The notes below the pieces were generated by a model. The model had not been told where the DNA came from. It did not search any database and saw only the letters and a list, made by a program, of their open reading frames with translations. A program made the translations under genes and the position numbers. Below are positions 28,574 to 36,876 of a stretch of 64,000 bases of DNA, one piece after another (the stretch's first letter is position 1; every line of letters starts with the position of its first letter). Origin of the DNA: Granulicella sp. (GTDB lineage: Bacteria > Acidobacteriota > Terriglobia > Terriglobales > Acidobacteriaceae); assembly GCA_965276885.1 (NCBI GenBank), contig OZ255702.1, positions 1,137,286-1,201,285 of the forward strand, given 5' to 3'.

Positions 28574-28634
28574 TTCAGCCCGGGCATTTTGCCCGGGCCC
28601 ACTCCATCGACTTGATCAGACCTTCCCAAGAAGC

Positions 28635-29591
28635 TCAGCGGGTAGGCACAGGCATGGCCAGCAGCTCACGAATCGCCTCCTGATACGAGACCGGCGCCGG
28701 CAGCACCTGCGGATTCCAGGCGCTGCTGTGCGATTGCTCATTGACCGTGTGCACCAGCATCTCGCGCAGCGTGACCTGCTCGCTCAGCCGCGAATAAAAC
28801 CAGCGGCGCTCCGCGGCCTGCCGCTGCTCCAGCTCCACCGTGCCACCCTCGCTTACGCGCGCCAGCACCCCGCCCCAGCCGAAGTCCACCGGGTGCAGAA
28901 TGCGGGCCTGGATGCGCGTAACGCAGCGAGTCTGCCCATCGATCCACACGCGTCCCGCGATGGCCGTAAGCCCCCCGGTGATCAGGCTCGGCGGCTTGAA
29001 GTTTGGGTCCGGCGTGAAGTCAAGCACGATCTGCGCTCCCGAAAGATCCGGCAGCTGCGGCTGTCCGGGCGCATAGCTCCAGAGCATCGCCCGGGGCAGC
29101 GCATGCACCAGCTCCAGGGCATAGTCGCGGCCTGCGTGATCATGCCGGTGCCGCCGCACAAAGGCGTCCGGCGAACGCAGCAGATCGTTCAGCCGGTCCC
29201 GTTCCGCATTGTTCTCCTCCGCGGTGAGCGGTTTGCCGTCTCGCTGCACGATGCGAGCGACCGTCCCGTCGCGGCTTTCGATGAGGATGCGGGTTGTGTC
29301 GCCCCTCGCGTTCACCTTGCGCTCGGTGAAGCGCAGCGGAATGTCGGTGCCGGCGTTGAGAATGCGCTCCTGGCTCGCTGCCCCCGCCTCGGCCCAGGCA
29401 AGGGGCGGCCGCTTGAGGAGATCCGCTGCCGTTGCGGCGGCCTGCGGCGCAGCTCCTGCTGCCGTCGCCTGACCTCCAAGCTGCGCTGGCAGACCGCTTG
29501 CAAACGCCGGAAGCAGCGCTGCCGCACGGAGGCCGCGAGCTAGGCTCTTCCTCGTCGCTCGGCTTAAAAAGACAGGGCTGGCTCTCCGCAT
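28635..29591 (-). CDS. Exported protein of unknown function
   Basis: Long ORF with signal-like N-terminus from ATG 29591; beta-strand-rich body (IVLDFTPDPNF, GRVWID). Confidence 0.75.
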   Translation of the reverse strand: MRRASPVFLSRATRKSLARGLRAAALLPAFASGLPAQLGGQATAAGAAPQAAATAADLLKRPPLAWAEAGAASQERILNAGTDIPLRFTERKVNARGDTTRILIESRDGTVARIVQRDGKPLTAEENNAERDRLNDLLRSPDAFVRRHRHDHAGRDYALELVHALPRAMLWSYAPGQPQLPDLSGAQIVLDFTPDPNFKPPSLITGGLTAIAGRVWIDGQTRCVTRIQARILHPVDFGWGGVLARVSEGGTVELEQRQAAERRWFYSRLSEQVTLREMLVHTVNEQSHSSAWNPQVLPAPVSYQEAIRELLAMPVPTR

Positions 29592-29784
29592 GGACAATCT
29601 ATAGACGTCGGAAAGCCGGCAAAGGCCCCCTTTGTTCCCTGCCCCGGTCGCCTCCCGGGGTGACAACACCCCCCGCCGATGCACAGCATTCATGCGTGTC
29701 GTCTAAGGTAACCTCAGACGATCGTTGCAGGGGCGGCTGTCCGTAAAGGGGCGGGAGTTGCTAGGCTACTTTGGAGACCATCCC

Positions 29785-30435
29785 ATGATGAATTTCTTCA
29801 AACGCCGCGGCGGTGCGGGTGAGGGCAATGTACCGGAGCGCACGCGACAGTCGCGCGGCTGGGCCGAGGTGCTGAAATTCATGCGGAGCGAGCCGGCGCG
29901 ATCGTTGCGCGTGCTGGACTTCGGAACCACCTCGCCCACCAACATCAATCTGCTTACCTCGCTTGGCCACAGCGTGTACATGGCCAATATTGTGGGCGAG
30001 GCAACCAAGCCGGAGTGGCTGAAGGCCCCCGCGGCAGGAGCCCGTCCCAACGCGGCGCCGGAGTACGACGCGGAGCGGTTCGCGGCAGCCAACCTGGACT
30101 TCTCCGGCCGCGACTTCGACGTCATCCTGCTATGGGATACGGTGGATTACCTGCCGCCTGCGCTGGTGCCGGCGCTCTTTGACAGGCTGCGAACGGTCAC
30201 TCGCCCGGAGGGCCGCCTGCTGGGCTTCTTTCACGGCAAGGCGGATGGGCCAAATACAGGCTATGCGCGCTATCAGGTTACCGATTCCGATCAGTTGCGG
30301 CTTTTGGGAAGCGATCCTTTGCCCATCCGGCAGATTATCCAGAACCGCCAGGTTGAGCGCTATCTTGAAGGCTTCACCACGATCCGGTTCTTTCAGGGTG
30401 TCGATAACGTCCGCGAGGTCATCGCGGTTCGCTAG
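29785..30435 (+). CDS. Class I SAM-dependent methyltransferase-like protein
   Basis: RVLDFG motif I; FDVILLWD motif; GGAG before ATG 29785. Confidence 0.7.
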   Translation: MMNFFKRRGGAGEGNVPERTRQSRGWAEVLKFMRSEPARSLRVLDFGTTSPTNINLLTSLGHSVYMANIVGEATKPEWLKAPAAGARPNAAPEYDAERFAAANLDFSGRDFDVILLWDTVDYLPPALVPALFDRLRTVTRPEGRLLGFFHGKADGPNTGYARYQVTDSDQLRLLGSDPLPIRQIIQNRQVERYLEGFTTIRFFQGVDNVREVIAVR

Positions 30436-30499
30436 TGTGATGTCCCGCAAGTTCGCTGCACAATTTGAGTTGTCATCCTTCTATGAAAAAGGCGCACCT

Positions 30500-30640
30500 G
30501 TCCAGGGGGTGATTGCGAATAGATTGCGTACAGTCTTCTATTCGTGCTCTGGGCACACAAGGGGGTTCGATTCCCGGCCGCTCCATCTGAGGATGACCTC
30601 AAGGGTCAAAGGATGAGCGAGCTGACCGGGCTACCTTGCA
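30500..30640 (-). ncRNA. Predicted guide (seek/bridge) RNA in the IS right end
   Basis: In element orientation: CGCTCA then GTCATCCT (target matches), then ATAGAAGA then ATCT (donor matches); closing stem CCCGGTCAGCTC / GAGCGGCCGGG. Boundaries approximate. Confidence 0.6.
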
Positions 30641-30703
30641 ACCGTCGCAAACACCGTTGAACTTCTTTTTCTTTTCCAGGCAGCTTTTGTTGTTGCCTAT
30701 TCT

Positions 30704-31723
30704 TCAACCCTGCCGCGCGAAGCTCTCTTCGTCGAAGCAGATTCCGTGGCGCAAAAGCGCCCAAACGGCGGTAAGCAGCTTGCGCGCCAGGGCGATCAGG
30801 GCCACCTGTGCGGGTTTTCGCTGCCTCAGCTTCCGGTACCAGGCTCCCGCCGCGGGCGAGTGCCTGGCTGCGACTTGCGCCACCTGCAGCAGGATCCAGC
30901 GCAGTGTGCCTGATCCATGATGGCCGATGCCGCCGCGTTTGCGCTTGCCCGCCGACTCGCGCACCGACGGCGTCAGCCCGGCATAGCTGGCCAGCGCCCT
31001 TTTGCTCGGGAAGCGCTCGATCTCGCCGACCTCGGCCAGGATCACCATCGCTGAATAGGCCCCGATCCCGGGCACGGTCCGCAGCCAGCGGGCGCGCGCA
31101 TCGTCCTTGGCCATCCGCTCCAGCTCGCGGGTCTGGGTGGCGATGGCCTCGTCCATCTGGTCGATCACCTTTAGCCACACCTCGACCACCACGCGGGCCG
31201 CCGGACTCAACGCCAACCCCGCCAGCCACGCCCGGCCCTTCTTGCCGAACACATCGGCAACCGGCTTCAGAAAGCCTTCCTGATGCAGCACCGCCTGCAG
31301 CTGGTTCTTCGCCTTGGCCCGTTGCTGGCCCAGCGTAATCCGCAAGCGCGTCAGCAGGCGCGTCTGCTGCGTCCGTTGGTTCGCCATCCACGCCTCGGGC
31401 AGCAGGTCCGCCCGCGACAGCTGCGCCAGCGTCTCGGAATCCACCTTGTCATTCTTCAGCCGCGCCGACGCGATCGCCTTCATCCGTTGCGGATGCACCA
31501 TCACCAGACGCTCCGCCTCCGGCTGCACCGCCCGCGCGAACGCCGGCCAAAAGCCACTCGCCTCCATCACCACCTGGCGCGGTCCCGGAACCTGCCCCAG
31601 CCACTGCCGCAATGCCGCTCCTTGGTTGACCACCTGGCCCTGCTTCAACTTTTTGCCGCTTGCATCGACGGCGGTTAAATAGCAGAATCGCTGGTGTAGA
31701 TCTACTCCTACGTGGGTCTGCAT
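30704..31723 (-). CDS. IS110-family recombinase, apparently intact (339 aa)
   Basis: GVDLH, MEASG, KNDKVDS (DEDD); VPGIG; ESAGKR serine motif; ALARKLL. Confidence 0.93.
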   Translation of the reverse strand: MQTHVGVDLHQRFCYLTAVDASGKKLKQGQVVNQGAALRQWLGQVPGPRQVVMEASGFWPAFARAVQPEAERLVMVHPQRMKAIASARLKNDKVDSETLAQLSRADLLPEAWMANQRTQQTRLLTRLRITLGQQRAKAKNQLQAVLHQEGFLKPVADVFGKKGRAWLAGLALSPAARVVVEVWLKVIDQMDEAIATQTRELERMAKDDARARWLRTVPGIGAYSAMVILAEVGEIERFPSKRALASYAGLTPSVRESAGKRKRGGIGHHGSGTLRWILLQVAQVAARHSPAAGAWYRKLRQRKPAQVALIALARKLLTAVWALLRHGICFDEESFARQG

Positions 31724-31911
31724 GGCGTACCTCTCTCTGGATGAAATGTGTGCTTCGAGCACGTACCAGGAAGGTACGCCTCTCTTCATCCCATCTGAGC
31801 GGAGTTTGGCGCGTTTCTGCGCCAAACGGAGTCGAAGGATCTGCTTTCGTTCCGGTCGCTACACCGTTCCGATACCGGCCAATGTGCCGAAGTTCCGGGA
31901 CACCAGACTAG

Positions 31912-32077
31912 TGTGGTGAATCGGTAGTTCACTTCAAAAACTTGTCATCCTGAGCGCTGCCGGGGTCCCCAGCGAGCGTTGTTTGCTCGTTGGGGTGCAA
32001 GCGAAGGACCTGCTTTTCCATAGCTTACAAGCAGTACAAACGTCCGAATACCGCAACGAACTTTAGAACTCACCACA
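31912..32077. repeat. Family D-related element D2 containing a GTCATCCTGAGCG unit and a family C palindrome (31962-31997)
   Basis: Ends TGTGGTGA / TCACCACA, between CTAG and CTAA. Confidence 0.7.
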
Positions 32078-32081
32078 CTAA

Positions 32082-32239
32082 TGTGGTGTCCCAGAACTTC
32101 GATCCATATGTCGCGCCCTGAACCGTGTAGCCGACCGAAGCGAAAAGCAGGTCCTTCGACTGCGTTTTGCGCAAAAAGCGCGCCAAACTCCGCTCAGGAT
32201 GACAATTCAATTTATGCGACAAACTTGCGGGACACCACA
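32082..32239. repeat. Family D element D3 (158 bp), inverted near-identical copy of 43128-43285
   Basis: TGTGGTGTCCC / GGGACACCACA ends, flanked by CTAA and CTAG. Confidence 0.88.
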
Positions 32240-32306
32240 CTAGCGGGATTACAAAAAGAAAAAGGAGAGCATCGCCCTCCCTTTTTTCTATCCCCAAAAA
32301 ACCGTC

Positions 32307-32579
32307 CTATTTTTCGGAGTCCTTGGAGGTCTTGCGGCGGTCTGCCCACCGGCGCTGCATCGCTTCCTGAATCCGCTTGCGTCCTTCAGGGCTAAGATTG
32401 CGCTTCCGCTTGCGTGGCACAGCCTCAGCCGGGGCAGCATTTTTCACACCCTTGGGCCGGCCGCGGCGAGGCTGCGTCGGAACCGGGCTCGCGCCATCCA
32501 GCACCGCGACTGCCTCCCGTGCCTTTTGCAAACGTGCGATCTCCGCATCAATGGCGGAGAGAATCTGAGTTACGTCCAT
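32307..32579 (-). CDS. Small basic protein with coiled-coil N-terminus and RGRP motif (possible nucleoid-associated protein)
   Basis: ILSAIDAEIARLQKAR; PRRGRPK; LSPEGRKRIQEAMQRRWA; purine-rich RBS before ATG 32579. Confidence 0.75.
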   Translation of the reverse strand: MDVTQILSAIDAEIARLQKAREAVAVLDGASPVPTQPRRGRPKGVKNAAPAEAVPRKRKRNLSPEGRKRIQEAMQRRWADRRKTSKDSEK

Positions 32580-32763
32580 GTAACTTCCTCTCTTCTCGTG
32601 CTCCAACGGCTATTCACGAGTTCATGCTTATAGTTAGCAAGATTACTGTTGAACCGAAATGGTTGCAAGGCGAGCCATCCATTTCTATGTTTCGCGGCTG
32701 CTTCGATGTTTCGCAGCTGCTGCCGCACAAGAGCATCGCCATGCGAATGCTAGACTCGTCCCG

Positions 32764-34410
32764 ATGCGATCGGTCCCACTCCGGCTTTATGGTCTTGCCC
32801 TGTTATCCGCGGTTTTGCAGCTGCTGCCATTTCCCCTGGCTGGTCCGGTGCCTTCCCTGCGCCGCCTCATCTGCTGGTTCTGCCTGGCGCCGCTGCTGGC
32901 CGCCCTCAGCGGGGACAACAGCAAGGGGGAGCCGGTAACTCGCCTCCAGTCAACGCTGCTCGCCTATCTTTGCGGCGTGGTTTGGTTCTGCGGCAACTGT
33001 TACTGGATCTATCAGACCATGTTCCTCTACGGCGGTCTGCCCGCCCCGGTCGCGCTTGGCATACTTATCCTGTTTTCACTTTATCTGGGGCTGTACTTCG
33101 CTCTGTTCGGCCTGCTGTTTGCGCTTCTGCGCGCCTGGCAGGGGCGGGGCGTGGCTGTTTTTCTTTCTCCGTTCCTTTGGGTTGCCGTGGAACTGGCCCG
33201 CGCGCGCATCACCGGCTTTCCCTGGGATCTGCTCGGCTACACACAGATTGATAACGTCTTCTTGACAGCGCTTGCGCCCTGGACCGGCGTCATGGGCCTG
33301 TCTCTGGTGGTCGCGGCGGGGAACGCCCTGTGGCTTTGGCAGCCTTCGTTTTCAGCCAAGCGGTTCCCGTGGGCTGGTGCTGTGCTCGCTGCCGCGCTGG
33401 CCATGCTGAGTTACATCGGTTCGGGCCTGCGGCCGCCCCCGCAGCCGGCCAATCGCGCGGCCATTCTGGTGCAGGACAACCTGACCGTAGGCGCGGCGGC
33501 ACACGGCCCCCATGAGAGTCAGCCCGAGTTACTGGAAAGTTTGTTTGCACGCACGCTGCATCCGGCCATTTCTCCGGCGGCCGCCAACTTACCTCTGCGG
33601 ACGCTCGGTGCCCGTGGCCCCCTGCAGCCGGAGATCGTTCTTTGGCCGGAGGCGCCCACCGCGTTCAACGATGCCGACCCGCAGTTTCGCGCGGTGATGG
33701 GACGAGTGGCCATCGCCACCGACGCCCCCGTGGTGGTGGACGCGCTAGGACTCGGCGACCGGCCCAATCGCTCCGGACGCTACGACGAGTTCGTCTCGGC
33801 GAGCTTCTTTCTCCCCGATGGAACCTATGCCGGCCGCTACGACAAGATGCACCTCGTGCCCTTCGGTGAGTACACGCCGTACAAGCAGCTCTTTTTCTTT
33901 GCCGGCCATCTGCTCGACGGATTGAACTTCGTTCCAGGCAACCAGCGGCGTGTCTTCAGCACGGGCGGCCATCGCTTCGGCATCTTTATCTGCTACGAAT
34001 CCATCTTCGGAGACGAGATTCGCGAGTTTGCATTAAAGGGCGCGCAGGTGCTCGTCAATCTCTCCGATGATGGCTGGTACGGCGACACCAGCGCTCCCTG
34101 GGAGCACCTGGATATGGCTCGGATGCGCGCCATTGAAAACAATCGCTGGCTGCTGCGGGACACCAACACGGGCCTGACCTCGTCGATCGATCCCAACGGC
34201 CGCATCGTGGCGCGGATGCCGCGTCACATCCGCGGCGCGGTGGAGGTGCCCTTCGCCTTCCGCAACGGACTCACGTTTTACACGCGCCATGGAGACTGGA
34301 TCGGCTGGCTTTGCGCTATCCTCGTCACCTCGGTGCTGGTCGGCAGTTATCTGCAGCGACGTTATCCCCGCACATCGCCGGCGCAGCTGCATCCGCGGCA
34401 AACCTTGTAA
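32764..34410 (+). CDS. lnt: Apolipoprotein N-acyltransferase
   Basis: GFPWDLLGY; WPEA; YDKMHLVPFGEY; ICYESIF; NLSDDGWYG; RAIEN. Confidence 0.96.
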   Translation: MRSVPLRLYGLALLSAVLQLLPFPLAGPVPSLRRLICWFCLAPLLAALSGDNSKGEPVTRLQSTLLAYLCGVVWFCGNCYWIYQTMFLYGGLPAPVALGILILFSLYLGLYFALFGLLFALLRAWQGRGVAVFLSPFLWVAVELARARITGFPWDLLGYTQIDNVFLTALAPWTGVMGLSLVVAAGNALWLWQPSFSAKRFPWAGAVLAAALAMLSYIGSGLRPPPQPANRAAILVQDNLTVGAAAHGPHESQPELLESLFARTLHPAISPAAANLPLRTLGARGPLQPEIVLWPEAPTAFNDADPQFRAVMGRVAIATDAPVVVDALGLGDRPNRSGRYDEFVSASFFLPDGTYAGRYDKMHLVPFGEYTPYKQLFFFAGHLLDGLNFVPGNQRRVFSTGGHRFGIFICYESIFGDEIREFALKGAQVLVNLSDDGWYGDTSAPWEHLDMARMRAIENNRWLLRDTNTGLTSSIDPNGRIVARMPRHIRGAVEVPFAFRNGLTFYTRHGDWIGWLCAILVTSVLVGSYLQRRYPRTSPAQLHPRQTL

Positions 34411-34419
34411 ACTAAAGCC

Positions 34420-35551
34420 ATGTTGGATGATATGGAGTTTGCTTACTCCCCGGTTCGCACGAAGGTTGGCGAGCTGCGGGAGTATCTTTGACGCGGCCCG
34501 CCTGAAAACCGAACTCGCAGGCATAGAGGCCAAGATCGCCGATCCCGCCGTCTGGGCCGATGCCGCAAGATCACAACCCCTGATGCGCGAACGCAAACGG
34601 ATCGAGGAACAGCTGGGCTACGATGCCGAGTTGGCCCATCGCATGGGCGATATTGACTCCTATTTCGAACTCATGCGCGAGGGGGAGACGTCCATCGAAG
34701 ACGATCTTCGCCGCGAGATCGAGAAGCTGAGCACCTACACCGAGCAACTCGAGTCGCGCACCATGCTCTCCGAAGAGCACGATGCGCTGAACGCCATTGT
34801 TACGGTGCATCCGGGCGCGGGCGGTACCGAATCGCAGGACTGGGCCGAGATGCTGATGCGCATGTATCTGCGCTGGGCGGAGCGCGAAGGCTTCAAGACC
34901 GAGATCAACGAGATCCAGGACGGCGACGAGGCCGGTATTAAATCCGCCACCTTCACCATTACCGGCGAATCCGCCTTCGGCCTGCTGCAGGGCGAGACCG
35001 GCGTGCATCGCCTGGTGCGCATCTCGCCCTTCGATCAGGCGAAGCGCCGCCACACCAGCTTTGCCTCGGCCTATGTTTCGCCGGAGATCGATGACTCGAT
35101 CGTCATCGACATCAAGCCCGATGAGCTGCGCATCGACACCTACCGTTCCGGCGGCAAGGGCGGCCAGCACGTCAATACCACCGACTCCGCCGTGCGCATC
35201 ACGCATCTGCCCACCGGCATCGTCGCCGGCTGCCAGAACGAGCGCTCGCAGCATAAGAATAAGGAGCGGGCGATGAAGATGCTGCGCTCGCGCCTGTACG
35301 AGCATGAGCTCGAAAAGAAGCGCGCCGTCAGCAGAAAGCTCGAAGACTCCAAGCTGGAGATCAACTTCGGCTCGCAGATCCGCAGCTATGTGCTGCAGCC
35401 GTATCGCATGGCCAAGGACCTGCGCACGCGCGTGGAGGTCGGCGATGTGGACCGCGTGCTCGACGGCGATCTGGAGCCGTTCATTCGCGGATATCTGAAG
35501 ATGCGTCGCGAAGGCGGCGTGCCGGTGGCCGCGGGCGATGTGGAGGAGTAA
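34420..35551 (+). CDS. prfB: Peptide chain release factor 2, with programmed +1 frameshift
   Basis: ATG 34420 opens 23 codons ending CTT TGA C, joining the long frame that carries SPF and GGQ. Confidence 0.96.
34478..34492 (+). promoter_or_regulatory. RF2 autoregulatory frameshift site
   Basis: GGGAG-TAT-CTT-TGA-C: internal SD-like sequence plus slippery CTT TGA. Confidence 0.93.
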
Positions 35552-35652
35552 ATCCAATCGCATAAGCAGGAATCGTCGAAGAAACGCGCGAACTGACGGA
35601 GCGCACGAATTTCAGAGAAACACATGAATTGAGGATAGAAAACGGGAGGGAG

Positions 35653-35706
35653 CAGCGGCCTTCAGGCCGCTGAATTCCGTGGCCGGAGAGAAGGGGCTTT
35701 AGCCTC
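35653..35706. repeat. Free-standing hairpin doublet with TTCA/TTTA loops
   Basis: CAGCGGCC-TTCA-GGCCGCTG and GGGGC-TTTA-GCCTC. Confidence 0.65.
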
Positions 35707-35800
35707 GGGCCGTTTGGCGGCCTCAAAACCCGGCCCTGAAGAGCTTTGAAGGGGACTTCCGTTTACGCAGGCTAAAGCAAATAACATACCCCTAGACAGC

Positions 35801-35936
35801 GTCATCTCGACCGGAGCGCAGCGTAGTGGAGAGACCTGCAGTTTGTTGCGGTTGCAGGAGACTTGTAGCCGCGCGGAAGAACTACAGGTCTCTCCACTCC
35901 GCAAACGATGAAGCTGTTCGCTCCGGTCGAGATGAC
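35801..35936. repeat. Inverted pair of family B REP-like units
   Basis: GTCATCTCGACCGGAGC...GGAGAGACCTG versus CAGGTCTCTCC...GCTCCGGTCGAGATGAC. Confidence 0.8.
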
Positions 35937-35998
35937 ACTTTTTTATCTGTGCATATTTCGCTAAAGCCTGCGCCTCCCTCCATGTCCTTGGGCAAGCC

Positions 35999-36688
35999 TC
36001 AATCGTTCTTGCCTTCCAGCCAGCGGTGCAGCGCGCTGATGTGCAGGTTCAAGGCAAGCGAAGTGTAGCTCAGCATCTCGTGGCCGATGCGCTGCACTTT
36101 GTCGAGGTCATCGATGTGCCCCAGCAGCGCTCGCGGCGACGTGTACACCGTCAACCCGGCACGGCGGCACAGCAGCTGAATGCGAAACAGATGGGTGCCA
36201 TCGCTGACCACATCCAGGGTGCGGAGGTTGTGCTCGTCGGCGATCTCGGCCAGCCGCTCTACCTGCTGTTCTGTATCCACGGAGGTCGTCTCCGCGATGA
36301 TGCGATCCAGCGGAACGCCATTGGCCAGCAGATAATCGCGCCCGGCCGCGCCTTCCGTATTTCCCTCATCCTTGGCTGACCCGCCGCCCAGCGTAATGAT
36401 CGTCGGCGCCAGGTCGCGTTGGTACAGCAGCAGCGCCTTATCCAGGCGCGCGTGCAGCACGGGGGAGGGATGACCACCGTACTCCGCGGCTCCAAACACC
36501 GCGATGGCGTCGGCGGTCTGGGCGTTATCCACGCCGGCGGTGTAGCTGATCTCGTGATAAAGCCACGCGAACCAGGCGACTGCCCCCAGCAGCACGATCG
36601 CCAGCACGGTCGCGAACATATGCCTGGAGAAGCGTTCCAGCGTGCCTTCCACTCCGGCCGTCTCAGTCGTCTCAGGGGTCTGGCTCAT
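35999..36688 (-). CDS. YdcF/DUF218-family membrane-anchored protein
   Basis: N-terminal TM; DAIAVFGAA; RLDKAL; ITLGG; VVSDGTHLFR. Confidence 0.85.
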   Translation of the reverse strand: MSQTPETTETAGVEGTLERFSRHMFATVLAIVLLGAVAWFAWLYHEISYTAGVDNAQTADAIAVFGAAEYGGHPSPVLHARLDKALLLYQRDLAPTIITLGGGSAKDEGNTEGAAGRDYLLANGVPLDRIIAETTSVDTEQQVERLAEIADEHNLRTLDVVSDGTHLFRIQLLCRRAGLTVYTSPRALLGHIDDLDKVQRIGHEMLSYTSLALNLHISALHRWLEGKND

Positions 36689-36787
36689 CGGCGGTGTGTA
36701 TCAGTATGCCGTGGGGCGAGGCACTTGCGCGACCTCGCCTCCACACAACCCTGGACAGGGGTGCTCTGATGATTCGCGCCGGTGTAG

Positions 36788-36842
36788 GTGCGGGCTTCAG
36801 CCCGCACACTAAAACGCCGAACCATCAGGGCTTTTAGCCCTG
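36788..36842. repeat. Free-standing hairpin doublet with TTCA-type loops
   Basis: GTGCGGGC-TTCA-GCCCGCAC and CAGGGC-TTTTA-GCCCTG. Confidence 0.65.
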
Positions 36843-36876
36843 GTACTCACAGGAGGGCGAATCAATCAGGTCCACT

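Larger units (their letters stand above)
26889..28627. repeat. Family A element, copy A3, split by three insertions
   Basis: Left end GGGAATCTCTG, mid-piece CTACGGCAAAACGGCCAAATACAAGGGGC and right end TTGATCAGACCTTCCC reassemble into a unit collinear with A5 (45364-45496). Confidence 0.85.
30480..31794 (-). mobile_element. IS110-family element, IS1111-like (short left end, long right end, sub-terminal IRs)
   Basis: CT at 30478-30479 and 31795-31796; sub-terminal IRs ATGAAAAAGGCGCACCT (30483-30499) and AGGTACGCCTCTCTTCAT (31772-31789). Confidence 0.9.
30436..31907. repeat. Family D miniature element, copy D1, split by an IS110 element
   Basis: TGTGATGTCCCG...TTGTCATC-CT | GAGCGGAGTTTGGCGC...GGGACACCAGA matches the intact copy at 43128-43285; flanked by CTAG on both sides. 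Confidence 0.85.

Noticed and set aside
30561-30586. GGGGGTTCGATTCCCGGCCGCTCCA looks like a tRNA or tmRNA T-arm and 3' end
   Set aside because: There is no matching acceptor 5' strand, D-arm, anticodon arm or CCA. It lies inside the IS110 right end, whose transcript is expected on the other strand.
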